From the UHGV virus genome UHGV-1346966: a stretch of 5,524 nucleotides of DNA; one strand, written 5' to 3'. This document shows, one piece after another, positions 1 through 5,275 of the stretch. Numbering within the stretch: position 1 is the stretch's first letter; each line of letters begins with the position of its first letter. This DNA is from a virus. The notes beneath the pieces are model-generated. The model searched no databases. It was not told where the DNA came from and was given only the letters and a program-made list of their open reading frames with translations. The position numbers were made by a program, and so were the translations under genes.

Positions 1-181
1 TTGCTGGATCTGTCTCCGATTCCTCCTCTTTTGTAGGTTTTAGTATTTTGTTTCTTGTCAGGATGTCTTCTATCCTTCTGATTGCAAATTCTGTTTCCCA
101 TATTTCACGAATTAGTTTTTCTTTCTTTATGATTAAGTCTGCATATCCTTTACATATTTCCCTTTTTTCTCTTTCCGTCAT
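1..181 (-). CDS. Hypothetical protein, 3'-truncated at the window start. The ATG at 181..179 overlaps the last 10 codons of the Rep gene in the +1 frame. At least 60 codons are open down to position 2, and the product is a charged, helical-looking K/E/R-rich peptide (MTEREKREICKGYADLIIKKEKLIREIWETEFAIRRIEDILTRNKILKPTKEEESETDPA...). It sits where gokushovirus VP5 would be, downstream of VP4.
   Basis: Hand translation of the minus strand. An in-frame stop lies upstream at 208..206, the first ATG is at 181..179, and no stop follows through position 2. The ORF track omits it because there is no in-window stop. It is on the same strand as all the phage genes and is purine-rich in the same way. Confidence 0.3.
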   Translation of the reverse strand, partial: MTEREKREICKGYADLIIKKEKLIREIWETEFAIRRIEDILTRNKILKPTKEEESETDPA

Positions 182-1025
182 ATTTTTTGATTGATTGCCA
201 ATATTTTACTGCGTTTACATACTCCCTGTATTGCTCTATTGTTTCTACTTTGATGGGAGTTTTGTTGTAGTACTTTACTTGTTTTTCCTCCTTTATGATT
301 CGGAGGGCTTCGCGTTCCTGAACTGTCCATAATTTTTGTTTGTAGTACGTTGGTAGTGCGATTTTTATGCCTGAGTCTGTTCTGTACGTTTCTTCTGTAA
401 ATCTATCCTGGTATCTATGCCTTCTAAGTGAGTTCTCGCCTATGTATTCTTTTCCGATTCCTTTTGAAGTGAATATCTTCCCGTTGAACTCAGGATTGGC
501 CTCGTCTCTCTTCGTTACATATTTTACGATGTAGTTTATTGTTTTCTCGTTTACTTCATGCCCAAAGAATATCCAGCCGTACCCCCATTCTTTTTCGAAT
601 TGCTCCTCTGTTAGTTCTGTCCATATGAGGCCGTGCAGATGTATTCTTTTGGTATTGTCATGTCCCATTTCTGTGATCAGCCAGTGCTTGAGTGGTTTTT
701 CGTACTTTTTCCACCATCGCTTTCTGAATAGGCTGATCGCCCTTTGAGCTGCTTTGTTCGGTTCTTTTTCTTCATATTCTAGCTTTTTTAGGCTTTCTTC
801 AGAGAATGTCAGCGTTGCAAATATAATGTTTTTTGGATCTGATTTTATTTCTTCCATTAATCTTACTCTCCATTCATTTGCTTTTGCGCGTCTGCATTCT
901 TCGCAGTGTCCGCATGGAATTTGTATCCATCTTAGACGTCGGTCTTTTATTCCTTTACTGTTTTCGTTCGATTTGGCGTATCTTGGATTCTCGATGATAC
1001 TTGGATATAGGCACACTGTTTTCAA
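150..1025 (-). CDS. VP4: Microviridae replication initiation protein (VP4 / gpA-like HUH rolling-circle endonuclease)
   Basis: 291 aa. An N-terminal Cys cluster CGHCEEC with an upstream Cys (MKTVCLYP...) suggests a Zn-finger-like region. HUH motif IHLHGLIW. Tandem-tyrosine catalytic motif YIVKYVTK, compare phiX174 gpA YVAKYVNK. Size and position (after VP2) fit Microviridae Rep. The AAGGGGG 10 nt upstream of the ATG is the only SD-like element in the window. Confidence 0.85.
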   Translation of the reverse strand: MKTVCLYPSIIENPRYAKSNENSKGIKDRRLRWIQIPCGHCEECRRAKANEWRVRLMEEIKSDPKNIIFATLTFSEESLKKLEYEEKEPNKAAQRAISLFRKRWWKKYEKPLKHWLITEMGHDNTKRIHLHGLIWTELTEEQFEKEWGYGWIFFGHEVNEKTINYIVKYVTKRDEANPEFNGKIFTSKGIGKEYIGENSLRRHRYQDRFTEETYRTDSGIKIALPTYYKQKLWTVQEREALRIIKEEKQVKYYNKTPIKVETIEQYREYVNAVKYWQSIKKYDGKRKKGNM

Positions 1026-1055
1026 TTGAATTTTGCCCCCTTAAAATCATTTTTA

Positions 1056-2264
1056 CTACCATTTTGTTGTTACGGTCTTGTCCACTCCTTTAAATTTCAT
1101 TTCTGGATCATAGTGCTGCGTTACTGTTGATGAGTTCATGGGGGGAGTATTGTTCATCTTTTTTTCTGTGTATTCTCTGATCGCTTTTCCTGTTTTTCCT
1201 CCGATCACCATATTTCCTACTACTTGCGCGAGTTTGAGGATCGTGTTTGCTATTTCGGTCCAGTATTGGAGTTCTCGCAGGTCTGCGGTTGCTTCTTCGG
1301 TTCTTCTTTTTGCTTCGGCCACTTTCGCTTCTGCTTCTTGATTTCTGCCTGCTGCGTAAAAATATGCAGCTTGAGCCATTGCGCTGCATGCGTCCGCGTT
1401 TATTTTGTTGATTTCTGCCGATAGTTTTTCGTCTGCGTATATGCTCTCCAGAGTTTTGATCGCTGCTGTTCCTTCGAGGATTTGTTTTTCGGCTTTCATC
1501 ATATCGCCCTGGAATGATTCTTCTCCGAATACGATTTTACCGAATTTATCATCCTCTATTTCGAAGTATTTAGGTATTTCAATTTCTTTGCCGTCGATCG
1601 TTGTTTTTTCTGTGGGCTGCCATTTTACCATCTGGTCCCACAGCTGGTTTGCTGTGTTGATAAAGCCTTTCCAGCCTTCGAACATTTCTTGTTTTATCTG
1701 CCATATTCTTTTTTCGATTATTGTTGTGGTTTCCTCCCTGTTCTTGCTTGCCTCTGCTTCGAGTGCTTTTGCCTGTGTGTTGATCAGGTTTATCTCTGCT
1801 TCATTCTTCCGTTCATTCATTCGTACTTGTCGCAAGGACATCAGTGCCTGCAGTTGCATGTTCGGATCGGCCGCTGCTCCTGCGCCGGTCGCTCCTGTTG
1901 CTCCCATCGGAGCGCCTGTTGTTGATCCGGCTCCTCCGCCTCCGGCACCTCCCTTGCCGTACATCAGGCCGGGAGATAGTCCCGCTGCATCCATTTGTGC
2001 TACTTGGTTGGCATAGCTTTGGTCTTGGTAGGTTCTGTTGTATAATACCTGCTGCCTTTCGAACGCATTCTCCGCTGCCATTTCTCCGTATTTGTAATTT
2101 ATTTTGGCTGCGTTTTCCACCATCTCTTTCTGCTGCCTTATCTGTTTCCTCCTGCCTATGCCCAGCATGTTGAGAATTCCCGATGCGCCGCCTATTATTC
2201 CCGAGAGAGGGTTTGCGATGCCTTCTCCTTTTTCGAGTAATTTCAATAGATCTTCGAAGTTCAT
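1056..2264 (-). CDS. VP2: Microviridae minor capsid / DNA pilot protein (VP2, functional analogue of phiX174 H)
   Basis: 402 aa. It has the AAGLSPGLMYG motif that recurs in gokushovirus VP2 proteins. A Gly/Ala/Thr-rich low-complexity segment (GKGGAGGGGAGSTTGAPMGATGATGAGAAADP) is followed by a long predicted coiled coil (NERKNEAEINLINTQAKALEAEASKNREETTTIIEKRIWQIKQEM...), the same architecture as pilot protein H. It lies immediately downstream of VP1 and the small ORF, and upstream of Rep. Confidence 0.7.
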   Translation of the reverse strand: MNFEDLLKLLEKGEGIANPLSGIIGGASGILNMLGIGRRKQIRQQKEMVENAAKINYKYGEMAAENAFERQQVLYNRTYQDQSYANQVAQMDAAGLSPGLMYGKGGAGGGGAGSTTGAPMGATGATGAGAAADPNMQLQALMSLRQVRMNERKNEAEINLINTQAKALEAEASKNREETTTIIEKRIWQIKQEMFEGWKGFINTANQLWDQMVKWQPTEKTTIDGKEIEIPKYFEIEDDKFGKIVFGEESFQGDMMKAEKQILEGTAAIKTLESIYADEKLSAEINKINADACSAMAQAAYFYAAGRNQEAEAKVAEAKRRTEEATADLRELQYWTEIANTILKLAQVVGNMVIGGKTGKAIREYTEKKMNNTPPMNSSTVTQHYDPEMKFKGVDKTVTTKW

Positions 2265-2420
2265 TTTCGTTCTTTTTTTTAAAAGAATTTATACAATTGT
2301 TCTTGTTATATATGTATAAACGTCTACCGTTCTGTGCCACACGCATTTGCGAGGGTTAAAAGAGGGGGGGCGGCATCGACCCCCCTCTTTGATTTTTTGG
2401 TTGATCTTTATACGACTGCT
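2265..2420 (-). promoter_or_regulatory. Largest non-coding region in the phage block (156 nt). It contains a GC hairpin plus an AT-rich stretch (TATACATATATAACAAGAACAATTGTATAAATTC on the coding strand) and an A8 run just before the VP2 ATG. It is a candidate VP2/VP4 promoter and/or replication-origin region.
   Basis: No credible ORF on the coding strand. Only a 16-codon ATG ORF and a basic alternative-frame ORF (1813..2346) start here. Composition shifts sharply from an AT-rich background to a GC-only hairpin. No clean Bacteroides -7 TAnnTTTG or sigma70 -10/-35 element could be identified by eye. Confidence 0.3.
2359..2399. terminator. Perfect 11-bp GC-rich inverted repeat (AAAGAGGGGGG / CCCCCCTCTTT) with a 10-nt loop that can add 2 more bp. 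On the + strand it is followed by TTTGATTTTTT, and on the coding (minus) strand by a UCUUUU-type tract. It is a bidirectional intrinsic-terminator-like hairpin between the small post-VP1 ORF and VP2.
   Basis: Read directly: 2359-2369 aaagagggggg, loop gcggcatcga (c2371:g2378 and g2372:c2377 can pair), 2380-2390 cccccctcttt, then 2391-2400 gattttttgg. It is the only strongly GC stretch in an otherwise ~38% GC window. Confidence 0.5.
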
Positions 2421-2744
2421 TTAGCTTTTTTCGGGATCGGTTTTTACTTCTGTCCCGAAATCTTTTACAGCCTCGGTTTCACCTTTGCTTTTTGCTACTT
2501 GGCTTGCTTCGCTCTGGTTGATTTTATCCATCGCGTCTATTGCCACCTCAAAGCGGTCTGTGCGGATATCGTATTCTGGCAGCACACCGTCTTTTTTTTC
2601 TGTGTAGATTGTTGGGAATACTCCGTCTTCCATGCTGCTGGATTCTCCGTTGATTATTTTTCTCAGTTTCACCTCCCTTGGTTCTGCTTGGTATGTGAGG
2701 TTTGGATTGTTGATGCATCCTCTTCTGTTTGTTGCTGTTTTCAT
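2421..2744 (-). CDS. Small acidic hypothetical protein (107 aa) between VP1 and VP2. It may be an internal-scaffolding (VP3 / phiX174 B-like) protein.
   Basis: The ATG lies 4 nt after the VP1 stop (TAACACCATG), with the same strand and codon bias as its neighbours. The acidic C-terminal tail (EASQVAKSKGETEAVKDFGTEVKTDPEKS) is scaffold-like. The segment IYTEKKDGVLPEYDIRTDRFEV weakly resembles, from memory only, the conserved aromatic/acidic C-terminal coat-binding region of phiX174 protein B. The functional call rests on position only. Confidence 0.45.
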   Translation of the reverse strand: MKTATNRRGCINNPNLTYQAEPREVKLRKIINGESSSMEDGVFPTIYTEKKDGVLPEYDIRTDRFEVAIDAMDKINQSEASQVAKSKGETEAVKDFGTEVKTDPEKS

Positions 2745-2748
2745 GGTG

Positions 2749-4794
2749 TTATAAATTTGGAATTTGTTTTGCTGACATTACTCGGCGCGCTGTTACGTCG
2801 AATGCTACTTGTACCCAGAAGTTCTGTGAACTCAGTCTTGACTCTGCGAATATGTTGTTGTATATCGTAGGATCAATGTAAGTTGATGCGTTGTTGATTG
2901 TGTGATCAGAGTTTTCTTCGTACACTCTGTTCAAGCACATGAATGCTAATGGCATTCCTGCGGCGAATTCGCCGTATGTTTCGTTTACGTCTGTTGTGTA
3001 TTCGATCCATGATGGCTGTTTTCCTAATGACTGATATTTGAGTTCATGGTCCTCGATGGCTTCTGTACTCCACGCTGCTGCTTCTTCTGCGATCAGCTCC
3101 TGGAACCCGATTGCGTCTAATGTTGGCTTGTGGAAGTCATCCATGTTCTGTAGTCTTGTCCACCATTTGTTGCCTTGGCTGTAATCGATTCGAGGTGTGA
3201 TCGATCCCAAGGCCATAATCATGCTGGGTTCTGTACATTTGATTTTCAAGCCCCTTCCGGATTTGTACATGGTTGCAACTCCTCGTCCGGCAAGTGTTCC
3301 CAGTGGTTCTTCTTCTGTTGCTGAGTTTGATACGATTTCATCGAATGCAATTTCGCTCTGCATTCCGCCGCAGAATATAGGTGATTCAGGCAGCATTGCG
3401 CTTCTGATTCCGTATGTCGCTTCTCTCCATGCTTGATAGGTGCCGTCTGTGATGGCTACGCGGTTGAGCATGTTGAAAATCTTCTTCTGGAGGATCAGAG
3501 CATCCATCGTAAGTTTGCCATCGCTTACATCTACAGCTGTGATTGAATTAATTCCACCTGTTGTTCCATCGATCCATTCGGTATTCAGCCAGTTGTTGAA
3601 TCTGTCGCTGAGGTATGTTTTTACCGCCAACCCTGCTTGTGAGTACCATGCGTTTGAACTGTTATATTTTTCTCTGCGGTCATAGCTTGGTAGTCCTATA
3701 GTTTTTGTTGCGGCTCCGTATGGCATTGTAGCGCCTTCTACTATATATGCTGAGGTACTGGGTGCAGCTAAGATTTTATTTCGTTCTTCGTCGATGTTTT
3801 TTAATGGAAATGGTGTTAATTTGATTTTTTTGTTGTCCGGCATTGTCAAGTAGTTATTCCCTGCTATGTTTAGATTGTATGCAATGTTGATTGGCTTCTT
3901 GACTTGGTACACGTAAATGTTGGTCGCCTTTTTCGGGTTATCTGGTTTTTTGATTCCCATCGCTTCCGGATCTGTTCGCTCGAATATAAAGGCGTCTCCG
4001 AGTTTTGTTAGTTTGTTAATTTTTTGTGTAGGTTTTTCCGGATCATTCGTTAAGAATTGTATTTCATTGACTTCTTCAGGTGATATTTTTTCCTCGAATT
4101 CCAGTTTGATAAAACTCGGTGCTTGACTTGATGGATTGAGTGGGTATGCTTCACTTAAGTTTTCTGTCCACTCTCTATTCCAAGCAACTCCATCTCCTGC
4201 AGAGATTTTCTTCCAAATATGGTTTATTCCGGTGATTACGTATGCGTTTTCTTCTTGCTTGTTGGCGTAATAGTTTTTGAATATGTCCCAGTATGCCAGA
4301 TTGAATATTGCAGGAAAGGTTCGAATGTGGCTGTTAGTTTTGGAGTGTCCGAATCCTTTTATTCCTAAGTATGAGAGCAGCGAACTCGGATTTACTTGCC
4401 CTCTGTTGGTATCGTTTTCATAGATTGATGTGATAGCTGTGCTGACCCTGAATTGTGGCAGCAGTACCTTGCTCATGTTCAACCCTACTCCCAGGGCATT
4501 ATTATGCAGTGCTGCTATGTAGAGCCTGATCGGAATTACAAACACATCGATTTGATGTTTGAAGCTTCCGAATACAGGCCCGGTTGTTGGCAGGGTTTTT
4601 ACCTTCGTTGTGATGTCGACGTAGAACGTCGTTCCATCCAAACCTATCTGACACCAATAGGGAACGATCGTGCCGCATGCCTGTGATGTTCGGATTATCT
4701 TTCCCACGTTGTGAGATGATCTGCCGAAATTAGGCAGATATACTTCCATTTTGCTTTCGCTTCGGAGTCTGTCTCCTCCCAATGTTTTTTTCAT
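2749..4794 (-). CDS. VP1: Microviridae major capsid protein (VP1 / F-protein jelly-roll family)
   Basis: 681 aa. The N-terminal region (...FGRSSHNVGKIIRTSQACGTIVPYWCQIGLDGTTFYVDI...VFVIPIRLY) matches the conserved start of gokushovirus VP1 (R-S-x-F...G-x-L-x-P...PGDTF...FFVP-RL). The C-terminus ...FWVQVAFDVTARRVMSAKQIPNL is typical. It is the largest ORF, and its length fits the Alpavirinae-type VP1 with large insertion loops. Alternative start at the second Met (MEVYLPNFGR..., 15 codons in). Confidence 0.85.
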   Translation of the reverse strand: MKKTLGGDRLRSESKMEVYLPNFGRSSHNVGKIIRTSQACGTIVPYWCQIGLDGTTFYVDITTKVKTLPTTGPVFGSFKHQIDVFVIPIRLYIAALHNNALGVGLNMSKVLLPQFRVSTAITSIYENDTNRGQVNPSSLLSYLGIKGFGHSKTNSHIRTFPAIFNLAYWDIFKNYYANKQEENAYVITGINHIWKKISAGDGVAWNREWTENLSEAYPLNPSSQAPSFIKLEFEEKISPEEVNEIQFLTNDPEKPTQKINKLTKLGDAFIFERTDPEAMGIKKPDNPKKATNIYVYQVKKPINIAYNLNIAGNNYLTMPDNKKIKLTPFPLKNIDEERNKILAAPSTSAYIVEGATMPYGAATKTIGLPSYDRREKYNSSNAWYSQAGLAVKTYLSDRFNNWLNTEWIDGTTGGINSITAVDVSDGKLTMDALILQKKIFNMLNRVAITDGTYQAWREATYGIRSAMLPESPIFCGGMQSEIAFDEIVSNSATEEEPLGTLAGRGVATMYKSGRGLKIKCTEPSMIMALGSITPRIDYSQGNKWWTRLQNMDDFHKPTLDAIGFQELIAEEAAAWSTEAIEDHELKYQSLGKQPSWIEYTTDVNETYGEFAAGMPLAFMCLNRVYEENSDHTINNASTYIDPTIYNNIFAESRLSSQNFWVQVAFDVTARRVMSAKQIPNL

Positions 4795-4797
4795 GGT

Positions 4798-5103
4798 TTA
4801 TTCTTTTTGAGTGTTTTCCATTTGGTTTTTTACGTGTGTGAAGAATATGAGTGTTGCGGTTAGGATGTCCTCCCACTTTTTTTGAGCCAGATGTTCTTCG
4901 GCATCTTCTTTAGTGTCGAACTCTTTCCCGTTTACGAGTGCACCGCATGTTGTGATCACCCATTTGTTCTTCTTGTTGCGGATCAGTACGAACGGGCCGT
5001 TTTTCGATGCTTCTCTTTTTTCGATTTCGAGGTTTACATTTTCGATTTCTTTTTCTTTTTTTCTGCTTTCAGTAAGCAGCTGATCTCTGAATTTCTTTTC
5101 CAT
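4798..5103 (-). CDS. Hypothetical protein (101 aa) immediately upstream of VP1. It has a charged coiled N-terminus and a compact C-terminal half (PFVLIRNKKNKWVITTCGALVNGKEFDTKEDAEEHLAQKKWEDIL).
   Basis: The stop is TAA at 4800..4798 and the VP1 ATG is at 4794. Its ATG at 5103 is 1 nt after the stop of the preceding TM ORF (TAAcATG), so it appears translationally coupled within the capsid operon. No confident family assignment. The W-x-x-x-x-x-G-x-L-x-NGKEF-x-TKE-x-AE pattern vaguely resembles DUF1508/YegP-like small beta-alpha domains (unverified). Confidence 0.5.
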   Translation of the reverse strand: MEKKFRDQLLTESRKKEKEIENVNLEIEKREASKNGPFVLIRNKKNKWVITTCGALVNGKEFDTKEDAEEHLAQKKWEDILTATLIFFTHVKNQMENTQKE

Positions 5104-5104
5104 G

Positions 5105-5275
5105 TTATTTGATTTTTATTGTTTTTGACACTTCGATTGTGTCGATTTTGACGCCGTTTGCTTTGAGATGGTACTTGTTGGTGCATCCCTGTTCCATGAT
5201 TACAGCAGCTGCAGCGCCGATCGCTGCTGCTATCACCGCGATCCATTTTACGATTTTCTTTACTTTTTCATTCAT
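5105..5275 (-). CDS. Small membrane protein, 56 aa (MNEKVKKIVKWIAVIAAAIGAAAAVIMEQGCTNKYHLKANGVKIDTIEVSKTIKIK). It has a basic n-region, a ~20-residue Ala/Ile-rich hydrophobic helix and a short basic C-terminal tail. It is not in the supplied ORF track because it is under 60 aa.
   Basis: Hand translation. The ATG at 5275..5273 overlaps the TGA of the upstream ORF (ATGA). The TAA is at 5107..5105, 1 nt before the next ATG. The frame is the one that yields a protein-like sequence; the competing 70-aa frame at 5034..5246 is Ser/Arg/Lys low complexity. EQGC is a poor lipobox, so an N-terminal signal-anchor is more likely than a lipoprotein. Confidence 0.45.
   Translation of the reverse strand: MNEKVKKIVKWIAVIAAAIGAAAAVIMEQGCTNKYHLKANGVKIDTIEVSKTIKIK

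Noticed and set aside
1-149. Second open minus-strand frame downstream of the VP4 stop (ATG at 101..99, MGNRICNQKDRRHPDKKQNTKTYKRGG...)
   Set aside because: It is in the VP4 frame after its stop and has a basic low-complexity composition. The competing +1-frame ORF from 181 has a proper overlapping start and a protein-like sequence. Both cannot be resolved without more sequence, and I favoured the latter.
1026-1055. Possible small hairpin (ATTTT-gccccc-ttAAAAT) between VP2 and VP4
   Set aside because: Only a 5-bp A/T stem, with negligible stability. More likely it is just the AAGGGGG ribosome-binding element for VP4 read on the opposite strand.
1813-2346. 177-aa Arg-rich ORF on the minus strand that starts in the intergenic region just after the hairpin and overprints the 5' half of VP2. 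A similar 93-aa basic ORF lies at 1108..1389.
   Set aside because: Extreme Arg/Lys/Ser low complexity is typical of off-frame translation of purine-rich (GAA/AAG/GGA) coding sequence. The ORF at 1813..2346 also reads straight through the GC-rich Gly-tract as RRRRSR. Kept only as a low-priority overprinting candidate in the findings.
2265-2358. Bacteroides-type promoter (-33 TTTG / -7 TAnnTTTG) or sigma70 -35/-10 upstream of VP2
   Set aside because: I scanned the coding-strand sequence by eye and found no TAnnTTTG match and no well-spaced TTGACA/TATAAT pair. The AT-richness alone makes casual matches meaningless, so I retained the region only as a generic regulatory region.
2334-2870. 178-aa + strand ORF, with further + strand ORFs at 754..1029, 1138..1341, 1224..1424, 1405..2016, 1689..1925, 1844..2173, 2104..2319, 3197..3436, 3440..3685, 3917..4126, 4453..4686, 4882..5112 and 5109..5303
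   Set aside because: All are antisense to confidently assigned minus-strand genes. They are Phe/Cys/Leu/Ser-rich, as expected from random translation of the T-rich non-coding strand. None has a coupled start or sits in intergenic context. Microviridae transcribe one strand only.
5034-5246. 70-aa ORF from the track, taken as the real gene in this interval
   Set aside because: The overlapping frame at 5105..5275 gives a coherent signal-anchor protein and has coupled ATGA / TAAnATG junctions with both neighbours. The 70-aa frame gives SSSDRRCSCC- and KKKKKSKM-type low complexity and would overlap the next gene by 70 nt.
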